Below the pieces are notes generated by a model. It had not been told where the DNA came from, did not search any database, and saw nothing but the letters and a program-made list of their open reading frames with translations. The translations under genes were made by a program, and so were the position numbers. From a virus, in IMG/VR virus record IMGVR_UViG_3300049740_002873, positions 1 to 64,000 of that record: a DNA stretch of 64,000 nucleotides, one strand, 5' to 3'. The stretch's first letter is position 1. Each line of letters begins with the position of its first letter. Positions 17,794 through 26,300 of this stretch are shown one piece after another.

Positions 17794-19044
17794 TTACGAA
17801 AGTAAAGTGAGAGCGTTGTCGCTTCCAAGTATAAACAAACCGTTTGTCTTATCTTCTGGACCGCCAACTTGAGCAGTAAATGTGAGATCTACTGTTTTAT
17901 TATCTCCTATTGAGGAAGAGAAGGATTCTCCGTCTAGTTGAGCTCCTTTTACTGTAAATTTGATAGCAGCATCTCCTCCTCCACCTTTTTTAGGTTCTTT
18001 CAAAGTAACTTCTAGGTCATGTTTATCATTGTCAAAAAGAAGGTCTGCTACATTTCCTTCTTTAAGGTCTGACATGATTGCGCTGACCGTAATTGAAATA
18101 TTAATTGGTAAATCTGTGACTCTTGTGAATCCGTATGGATTACCGAGTCTCTGAATTGGAGTTCTTGACATTGGAACGTCAATGCTTACGCTCTGTATAT
18201 GAGCTGTTCCTTCTGTTGCTGTTGTGCCATCTGGAAGCTGTTCAAATTCTCCAGCTGCTCCGCCAGCTCCAAGTTTTAAAGTGATATCTCCTGGTCGAAG
18301 ACATGCGACGCCCTCTGCCCCAAAGCCTTCATCTCCGCCAGCTAAACCAGTAACTGCTGCAGGAATAGAAAAATCAAGACCTTCGATCGGTGTTCCTTGC
18401 TGTATATCTACAGATGGTAAAGGTTTCTTATCGGTTCCTGTATAACTTCTTAAATTTAATCCGTCCACAGTTACGTTTGCTGTAGGCATAGCTCCCACTG
18501 CAGCTTCTACGGAATAATTTGAAACAAAACCATTTCCAAGAGCAATAACGCTTTTACTATCTGGATCGGTTGTCAAGTCATGACCTACTGCGTCTTTACC
18601 TTCTGGGGTTGTAAGAATAAAAAAGTTTTTACCTGCAATAGAGGGATCTTCTGTTGGTGTTCCTAGACAAACATCCCCAGCTAAAGCTGAATTATTACCA
18701 GCAACATCAAATCCTAAAATACTCTCGTTGACCCCATTTGTCAAATAGTAAGAAAGATCTAATGTAACTGTTGGCGGATCAATGGCAACTGAATCGACTC
18801 TAGCCAATTGACCGAATTGATTTACATCTTGTCGGTTTACTGTAAAGCTATAGTTTGCGCTTTGAACTCTTCTAAGTTGATGGATATGGTTTTTAACGTC
18901 GCCTCCAACTGCTTCTGCGCCCTCTTTTGTTGGGTGTGATGTGGTTGTTCCATCTTTTGTTGCTGACCAGTGGTGACCGGTAGCGTCGACTGTGCCTGCA
19001 TATAAGGCCTCGCTTTGGTAAATTACTCTTGCTCTGTTTGACAT
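17794..19044 (-). CDS. Major tail (tube) protein
   Basis: Gly/Thr/Asp-rich beta protein at the end of the completion operon, with its own terminator. Position-based call. Confidence 0.7.
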   Translation of the reverse strand: MSNRARVIYQSEALYAGTVDATGHHWSATKDGTTTSHPTKEGAEAVGGDVKNHIHQLRRVQSANYSFTVNRQDVNQFGQLARVDSVAIDPPTVTLDLSYYLTNGVNESILGFDVAGNNSALAGDVCLGTPTEDPSIAGKNFFILTTPEGKDAVGHDLTTDPDSKSVIALGNGFVSNYSVEAAVGAMPTANVTVDGLNLRSYTGTDKKPLPSVDIQQGTPIEGLDFSIPAAVTGLAGGDEGFGAEGVACLRPGDITLKLGAGGAAGEFEQLPDGTTATEGTAHIQSVSIDVPMSRTPIQRLGNPYGFTRVTDLPINISITVSAIMSDLKEGNVADLLFDNDKHDLEVTLKEPKKGGGGDAAIKFTVKGAQLDGESFSSSIGDNKTVDLTFTAQVGGPEDKTNGLFILGSDNALTLLS

Positions 19045-19107
19045 AATATTTAAATGGGTTTATTTGTTCTTGTATTTAATACATTTTATTTTATTGAAAG
19101 GGAATTT

Positions 19108-19956
19108 TTATGATAAAAATCTGAGATTTGTAACTTCAAAGTCTAAAAATCCTATAAATAATGAAGGATCTATATTTTTACTTACTCTGTCGCTAAGCTT
19201 TGACGCTCTAACTTCTTCGATGTGGAATAAATTATGTTTTTTATCTTCGTACAGAGATGAATAATTAAAATCTCCAGTAATGCCGCCAAGCTCTGTTAAA
19301 GGATAATCCGAGTATTTTAATTTTGGGAAAACTGCATCTTTAGAGTCTGTGAAAACTGAAAGGGCTCCATCTAGCTGATATGTATTTTCTGCAAATACCA
19401 CGCATCTGATATTTGTTGTTGTTTTGTTTTCTCCGCCAAAAGCAAATGCTTCATTATGAATCAACTCTGGATTAACAAAAATAGCTGGGACTGTTTGTTT
19501 ATATGGAGCAATTCCCGATAATTCTTGCTTGAATCTTCCATTTTGATCGAACTTGCTTTCAACTATTAACTGTTCTTCTGTTTGGTTTGTAATGTAAAAG
19601 TTAAATTCTTTAACGGAATAAGAAGCGCTCAGGCTATTTTTTTCTGCACCAAATGAAGAATCTAAAATTACTCGACCATTATCAAAGTCTAAAAGCAAAC
19701 CGCTTTCTCCTGTGGTTATAAAATCTCCACTGTCATATATTCCCGAAGGAATTTGAGCTCCTTCGACATTGCTATCGAACACCCATTGTTTATGCGGACT
19801 ACTATATGTAACAAAAGAACTTCCGAGTCTTTCGTCTTCAGGCATTGCGTATAGAGGAGATGTATAATTTTGATATGCTTCAGCTTTTGTTGTGACGTAA
19901 TTATCTGCCCAAAGCATAAAGCTTGTTGTAAGTTCGTGTTGGAATTGTGGTTTCAT
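19108..19956 (-). CDS. Putative tail terminator/completion protein
   Basis: Directly upstream of the major tail gene; VPAIFV...FAFGG...IRCVVFAE. Confidence 0.55.
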   Translation of the reverse strand: MKPQFQHELTTSFMLWADNYVTTKAEAYQNYTSPLYAMPEDERLGSSFVTYSSPHKQWVFDSNVEGAQIPSGIYDSGDFITTGESGLLLDFDNGRVILDSSFGAEKNSLSASYSVKEFNFYITNQTEEQLIVESKFDQNGRFKQELSGIAPYKQTVPAIFVNPELIHNEAFAFGGENKTTTNIRCVVFAENTYQLDGALSVFTDSKDAVFPKLKYSDYPLTELGGITGDFNYSSLYEDKKHNLFHIEEVRASKLSDRVSKNIDPSLFIGFLDFEVTNLRFLS

Positions 19957-19958
19957 TT

Positions 19959-20582
19959 TTAAAAATATTGTTTTGAAACTCTGGATGCTTCTATTGAATT
20001 TAAAGAGTCTTCAAAATCCTCTAATATACTTCTTATATACGGAATCTTAACGCGCGCTCCATTAGATAAGTTGTCATTCTGTATGCCCGCCCCAGATCTA
20101 CTGTTGCTAGATTTTTTAAAAAGATATTGTCCTAGGTTTGGAATGCCTCGACCTTCTATATCTCTTAGCCAGCTTGCGCCATTTGCCCAAGGCATAGGAG
20201 TCATATCATATAATTCTTGAAGAGATGGAGAGGTTACTAAAAAAGTCCATATAAAACCATAGGAACCAAATTTTCTGTTTTTTATTACGATAGACGTTTC
20301 TTTAAGTCTATTTTCTACCAAATCCAGTGGCGAATCACCTGATTCAAAACCTATAAATCCAAAAAGATTGCCTGTTGGTAAAGTATTTGTAATGTTTGAT
20401 GACCCTGACCCGTTTTTTATTTCCTTTGTGACTGGATGTCTTAAAAAATGATTTATAAAATTTTTTTTAATAATCTTGAATTGATTTTCAATAAGTATTC
20501 TTCCTTCTTGAACCAAGGCTTTGTCATTTTTAATTTGATTATGTATTGCTAGTTTAAGATTTGTCTGTTTGATTTTCGCCAT
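19959..20582 (-). CDS. Putative neck/tail completion protein
   Basis: Synteny; HPVTKEI...GNLFGFIGF...IEGRGIPNLG. Confidence 0.5.
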   Translation of the reverse strand: MAKIKQTNLKLAIHNQIKNDKALVQEGRILIENQFKIIKKNFINHFLRHPVTKEIKNGSGSSNITNTLPTGNLFGFIGFESGDSPLDLVENRLKETSIVIKNRKFGSYGFIWTFLVTSPSLQELYDMTPMPWANGASWLRDIEGRGIPNLGQYLFKKSSNSRSGAGIQNDNLSNGARVKIPYIRSILEDFEDSLNSIEASRVSKQYF

Positions 20583-21042
20583 TTGTCTCTATAGGTTTAA
20601 GGAATAAAGTATAAAATTGTATTTTGTCGAATAATCCGTGCGCTCTAGGATCCGATTCTACATGGAACATTCTGCCGTCAAGCTCAATTCTTTTTGCGTC
20701 TTTTAAATATGCAAAATCTTCCGCTTTTAATTTTATTCTAACTAGACTGCTTGCATTAGGTCTTGTTACTTTTACTTGAGTATCTGTTTCTCCGAAAAAT
20801 TCTAAAGACCTATCTGTATCGTATCTTATTCTTGCTTTAAATATCTTTTTTACTGGCACGTTTTCTACGCTAGGAGTCTCCGCTCCACCATTACCATATA
20901 AATAGTTGTAACTAGGGTCTGTGCTTACGACAACTTTTTGAGCTTCTTTATAAACAATTATGTCCCTACCGAATGTATCGTGAAGGTTTAATAATTGAGA
21001 AGAAATGCTTTCTTTTTGAGAAGATGTAAAAAAATCTGCCAT
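20554..21042 (-). CDS. Putative head-tail joining/stopper protein (start MADFF at 21042)
   Basis: ATG 21042 lies 9 nt after a GTGTA motif. The track start 21132 would overlap the divergent gene. Confidence 0.6.
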   Translation of the reverse strand: MADFFTSSQKESISSQLLNLHDTFGRDIIVYKEAQKVVVSTDPSYNYLYGNGGAETPSVENVPVKKIFKARIRYDTDRSLEFFGETDTQVKVTRPNASSLVRIKLKAEDFAYLKDAKRIELDGRMFHVESDPRAHGLFDKIQFYTLFLKPIETNGENQTDKS

Positions 21043-21048
21043 AAATAT

Positions 21049-21075
21049 GGATACACCAAACTTTTTTGTGTATCC
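21049..21075. promoter_or_regulatory. Divergent pair of GTGTA motifs (candidate late promoters)
   Basis: GGATACAC-11nt-GTGTATCC inverted repeat between divergent tail operons. Confidence 0.65.
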
Positions 21076-21096
21076 TTTTTTAAGGTATAAGGTAAT

Positions 21097-21384
21097 ATGG
21101 ACGCAGAAGGCATTTTTAAAAAATCTTGCCAAAGGAATACGGTTTCCCTTTTTAAAGGGTTTCTCGTTATGCTTGAAGATTTACATAACGAACATCAGAT
21201 TCATTTTGAAAAATTAAAAAGAAATCTGCCAGAAGGTTGTGTTCCTATAATTGATCAGGCTGATTACTTCGATGACGAAAAACTCCAGTACCTTAGAAAA
21301 AGAACTTTAGATATTGGTAACGAAACAATTAGAAATATCGAAGGAGATTTAGATAATTATACTATAGGTTTTACATTTAAATAA
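21097..21384 (+). CDS. Hypothetical protein, first gene of tail-assembly operon
   Basis: Preceded by GTGTA and AAGGTATAAGGTAAT. Confidence 0.75.
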   Translation: MDAEGIFKKSCQRNTVSLFKGFLVMLEDLHNEHQIHFEKLKRNLPEGCVPIIDQADYFDDEKLQYLRKRTLDIGNETIRNIEGDLDNYTIGFTFK

Positions 21385-21385
21385 T

Positions 21386-22228
21386 ATGAGCACTACTACA
21401 ACTAAACAAAAAGAAGAAAATACTGAAGAAGTTAAATCAATCATCGATGAAACTAGAAAAAAAATGAAAGAAATTTATAGTTTCACTTTCGAGAAAAAAG
21501 AAAAAACAAAAAGGACTGAGGTCAGCCGCACCAAGAACGAAGAGACTGGAGAAGAGGAAGAGGTTTCTATCACTAAAGAAGTTGAAGAACCTGTTGCGTA
21601 TAGAGTAATCTTAAAACAGCCTACCCGAAGACAAGTCGAGGAAGCTGAATTAGAATTTAGCGTCGAAATGAGTAACTGCATTAAGAAAGGAATTTTAACA
21701 AAAGCAATGCTTGCAAAAAAATATAGTGATACTGGAGGGTTGTTATCCGAAGTAGATGCAAAAGCTTTAACTAAAATGTATGTTAAATACGGCGAATTGA
21801 CTCAAGAGAGCGAAAAGATTCAGGTCAAGATTAAGAAAACAGAAGATGACGAAAAAAGATTAAAAGCTTTGGCTGAAGAAATTACCACTCTTAGAAAAGA
21901 TATTGTTGATGTTGAAACTTCTTACTCTAATTTATTCAATCATACCGCAGATGTGCGAGCGGAAAATAGAGTGATTCAATGGTATATATTAAATTTAACT
22001 TTTATTCAAAAAGAAGATGAGGATGAATCGAAACCCTTATTTGAAGGTATCGACTTTGAAGATAAGCTTGAGAGATATTATGAATACGAAGAAGAGGGTA
22101 ATGACTTCTATGATCTCGTGGGCAGTAAGATCGCGGCTTTATTTAGTTTTTGGTATTATAGTTCAGGTATCGTCACTAGAACAGACTTTGAAAAGCTAGA
22201 TAGTGATATTGAAGAAGGTAAGGTTTAA
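21386..22228 (+). CDS. Putative tail assembly chaperone
   Basis: Acidic coiled-coil protein upstream of the tape measure; GILTKAML, TADVRAE. Confidence 0.6.
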   Translation: MSTTTTKQKEENTEEVKSIIDETRKKMKEIYSFTFEKKEKTKRTEVSRTKNEETGEEEEVSITKEVEEPVAYRVILKQPTRRQVEEAELEFSVEMSNCIKKGILTKAMLAKKYSDTGGLLSEVDAKALTKMYVKYGELTQESEKIQVKIKKTEDDEKRLKALAEEITTLRKDIVDVETSYSNLFNHTADVRAENRVIQWYILNLTFIQKEDEDESKPLFEGIDFEDKLERYYEYEEEGNDFYDLVGSKIAALFSFWYYSSGIVTRTDFEKLDSDIEEGKV

Positions 22229-22233
22229 TATGC

Positions 22234-23220
22234 GTGGAAACTGTAAAGCGCAGAAAAGTTTTTAGAGACATTGTTCGCGGTTATTCTACTGCGATAATTC
22301 AAGATAAAGAAGTATTTATTAAACATCTTACTCCTCATGACCAAGTTGAGCTTGAGGAAATAGAAGAAAGATACTTTTTGTCTGCACAAAAAAGAGGCGT
22401 TCCGACAGAAAAGGATATGCTTGATTATTTGGAAGATGAAGGTCAATGGACAAAAGAAGACGAAAGAGATATTACTGAAAAGAAGTCTTATCTTAAAAAT
22501 CTAGAAAAGACGTTATCTCAGTTGGTTTTAGGAAAAGAAATAGAAAAGCAAAAAAAAGTAATCGAAAAAGAAAGAAAAGAGCTTAACGAAAAACTAAATC
22601 AAAAAACTGCTCTAATAGGTAATACTTGCGAAAAATATGCAAAAGAAAGAATGAATGATTTTTATGTTATTAATAGTTTTTTTAAAGATAAAAATTTTAA
22701 TCATAAATTATATGAAGAAAGTGATTTTGATGAACTAGAAGATTTTGATCTTAAATTATTGGTTAATACATACAATAGTATATTTGAATTTTTTAGCGAA
22801 GAAAATGTTCAATATACTGTACTAGAAGAATTTTATAATCCATATTTAAGTTTTGCTGAAGATAGCATGCAGTTTTATGGAAAACCATTTTGTGAATTAA
22901 CATACAATCAGGTAAGATTAATTGTTTATACTAGAATATTTAAAAATATATTTGATACAAATGAAAATATACCGGAAAGTATATTAAAAGATCCAGTTAA
23001 ATTGTTGGAGTTTGGTAGCAGTTCTAAAGACGAAAAAGAAAAAAGAAAAAAACAAATGTATGAAGGTGATGGAAGTACTATAGTCGGAGCAAAGCAGGAA
23101 GACTATGAAAGGCTTGGGGTTGATCAGGGAGTTAAGTCTGTGAGCCTCCACGAAGAAGCAAAAAAGAAAGGCGGAACTTTAGATATGGAAGACTTAATGA
23201 AGCTTCATGGTGTAACATAA
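22234..23220 (+). CDS. Putative second tail assembly chaperone
   Basis: Related architecture (GVPTEKDML, coiled coil, TCEKYA), immediately before the tape measure. Confidence 0.6.
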   Translation: METVKRRKVFRDIVRGYSTAIIQDKEVFIKHLTPHDQVELEEIEERYFLSAQKRGVPTEKDMLDYLEDEGQWTKEDERDITEKKSYLKNLEKTLSQLVLGKEIEKQKKVIEKERKELNEKLNQKTALIGNTCEKYAKERMNDFYVINSFFKDKNFNHKLYEESDFDELEDFDLKLLVNTYNSIFEFFSEENVQYTVLEEFYNPYLSFAEDSMQFYGKPFCELTYNQVRLIVYTRIFKNIFDTNENIPESILKDPVKLLEFGSSSKDEKEKRKKQMYEGDGSTIVGAKQEDYERLGVDQGVKSVSLHEEAKKKGGTLDMEDLMKLHGVT

Positions 23221-23235
23221 TGTATAGTGAGTTTT

Positions 23236-23309
23236 AGCCTGGTGGTGTAATGGTAGCACAGAGGTTTTTGGTACCTTTAGTCGGGGTTCAAGTCCCTGCC
23301 GGGCTGCCA
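23236..23309 (+). tRNA. trnQ: tRNA-Gln (UUG), CCA encoded
   Basis: Acceptor AGCCUGG/CCGGGCU, G73, D-arm GUG/CAC, anticodon arm GAGGU-UUUUGGU-ACCUU, T-arm CGGGG-UUCAAGU-CCCUG. Confidence 0.93.
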
Positions 23310-23344
23310 CTATAACTATTTAGTTCATCTATCAGATTCTTTTG

Positions 23345-23378
23345 GTGTATTATACCATATAAGGAATAAGGTAATATG
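23345..23378 (+). promoter_or_regulatory. GTGTA motif plus tandem-AAGG leader of the tape measure gene
   Basis: GTGTA at 23345-49; AAGGAATAAGGTAATATG at 23361-78. Confidence 0.6.
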
Positions 23379-26300
23379 GCTATTAATCTTGATGTACATG
23401 GTAATACAACTCCTCTCGAGGCAGAGGTTCGTGCTGCAGTCAATAGAATTAGAAAAATTCCCGTCAAATTAAGTATTGACGATAAGGGAGCTACCCAACC
23501 ATTGGGTAACATGCGTAGAGGCGCAGATGAATTTACCAAATCTATGGAGGCCGCTAATGCCCGTATCATTGCTTTCGGAGCCAGTATGGCGATCATCAAT
23601 GGAGTAGGAAATGCATTTAAGGCTCTTGTGCGAGATGTGGTTGAGGTTGAAAAATCTTTGGCAGATATAAATGTTGTCATGGATTTAAGCACAGAAAAAC
23701 TTGATAAATTTAGTGATGGTTTATTTAAGGTGGCCAAAGAAACTGGTCAAGCATTTAAGGTTGCTGCAGATGCCGCTACAGAATATGCTAGGCAAGGTTT
23801 AGGGGTTGAAGAGTCTTTAAGAAGAACAAAAGATGCATTGATTCTTACTAGGTTGACAGGTATGGATTCTGCAGAAGCGGTAAAATCCTTGACCGCTGCA
23901 ATGAATACATATGGCCATCAAATAGAAAATACTACGCAGTTGGTTAGTAAGTTTGCTGCAGTTGATGTTAAGTTTGCTGTTAGCGCTGAAGATTTTGCAG
24001 ATGCTATTTCTAGAACTGGTTCTGCTGCAAAAGGAGCTGGAGTTGATATTGACGAGTTGATAGGTATAGTAACTGCCGCCCAGCAAAAAACTGCTCGAGG
24101 TGGTAAAGTGATTGGTAACTCCTTGAAAACAATTTTTACTCGTGTTGGAAGAGCCGACACTTTAAATCAATTAGAAAATTTAGGTATTGCTGTTAGAGAT
24201 ATTGAAGGAAATACATTAGGGGCCAAAAAGATTCTTACAGATTTGGCGAATACATTTGATACTTTGAGCGAAGCTCAAAAAGCCCAAATCGCACAAACAG
24301 TTGGTGGAGTATTTCAAATCAACGTATTAAAAGCAATTCTTGGTGACGCAGCAAAACAAAATGGTATTCTTGCTAATGCAACTCAAATATCTGCAAACGC
24401 AACAGACGAAGCGATACAGAAAAATGAAATGCTACGTGGTACTATTGCAGCTATGGCCAGTGAAACTGGAACTGCTATAAAACAATTGAGCAGCGACATC
24501 GGAGAAATTGCCTTGGCTCCAGGCATTGAAAAAATTCTCAGCACAGTCAAAGGTTTTGCTGAAAATTTAAGTGGTGTGCTTGGAGATGGAGAAAGTACAG
24601 GTAATAGATTTGCTACAGGCTTGTTGAAGGGTATTGGTAATATTATTACTGGTCCGGGTCTAGTTGTTTTAGTTGGTGTATTTTTTAAACTTTTTGGTCA
24701 AGCTTTTAAATTTACAAGAGATAGTTTAAGTTCTCTTATTGGAATTACTAGTGAAGCACAAAAACAAAAAGCGATACAAACATCTCTTGTCGATCTTATG
24801 GGTCGAAACGCAAATTTAAATAAAGAATTGCTGAGGACAGATATCGGGAGATCCGAGAAAGAAAAAATAATTCTAGGCTACTTAAAAGCGCAAGTTGCAG
24901 AAGCAAATGTATTAAACAATATTTCAAAGCAGCTCGCATCCACTTTGTATACAAAAGGTTATGGAGCAAACTTAACTCCCGTAAGAAGGGGTCGAGCTCA
25001 TGGTTATGTTCCTAATTTTGCACATCCAGAAAGAGAAGAAGCTGCTAAGGGTGGATATGCAGCAGGCAATATTCGCAGTATGCATATGCCTGGCGAGGGC
25101 TCGATTATTTACAATAGCGCAGAGAAAGTAAAAAATTTCAAAGGTATGACGCAACCCGCGATTATGCCTCCAGAATCCAGTAAGGCTGGAAAAAAATATC
25201 AACAAGCATTTGGGGATATACATGGATTTGATCCGTATGCTGCAGGGGGATATATACCTAATTACTCACAAACAACCGCAAACGCTGATAGGCGTATGGT
25301 AGTTTTTGCAGCTTCTACTCAAGGAGGTGGTAAATTTGGTGGTCAAGATAATGTTAATAACAAATTTTTTATATCTCCACCAAAAAAGAAAAACGAATCT
25401 TATAAATTTGCTGACGTTAGCAAGCAAGGAGCTAGGGGTGCGAGCCCAAGGGGGATGATCCCTGTTAATGTTCCATATTTTACAATCGGGAAAAACGACG
25501 CAAAATTAAATAACCATCCAGATGTTCAGTCTTTTATTTATGCTAAAATGAAAAAAGCTGGGCAAGCAGTTGCACAAGACGTAGCGAATAAACTTTTTAA
25601 AGTTAGAGGTGCAAGCGTAAAAAAAATTGAAACCAAAGACATTGCTGCATCGTCTGGCAATATATTTGAAGCTGCTATTATGGCTGCTCAAAATAAGGTC
25701 GCAAGAGAAAGTATGGGCCCTGATCCTGTTGGTAATACATTGTTAGATATTCCCAGAAAAGGCAGAGATAAATTATGGGATTTATTTGGAGCTGGAACCC
25801 TTGGTGGTTTGGGCGCCGAAGCCAAAATAGCATTAGGAGGTTTGGCTTCAAAAGCTGGAAAGCATTTAAAAAGTGCTGCAGAAAAATTTTATAAAGTAGA
25901 TATAGAGAAAAAAGCTGCATTTGGAGGTCAGGCGCCAAAAACAAATTTTTCTCAAAGCTCTGCATTGGGTGGTTTGTTAACTAAAAAAGGTAAGGATATT
26001 TATGTAGGTGGAGAAAAATTTGATAATTTGTCTGACGAACAAAGCAAAAAATTAAGAGGTAAGGGGCTGGAGCCTGGGGGAAAGACGGGCATGTTTAGTT
26101 TTAAGCAATTAGAAAATTTGCCGTTTTCAGCGGGTGGATATATACCTAATTTCGCGGCCATGGCTATATCTAGACTTGGAGGTTTAGGGAAAAGTAAGTT
26201 TGGCTTGGCTGCGGTCATAAATTCTAACCCGTACTTCTCACAACTGCTTAAAAGATACGGTCATTGGAAAAACTTTCCGAGCCAAGAAAAAACAAAATTA

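Noticed and set aside
22190-22240. Lambda G/GT-type programmed frameshift between the chaperones
   Set aside because: No clear slippery heptamer near the stop; the second gene has its own SD-like leader and GTG start.
23236-23309. tRNA or tmRNA as a prophage attachment site
   Set aside because: No integrase and no duplicated 3' end seen; phage genes continue on both sides.
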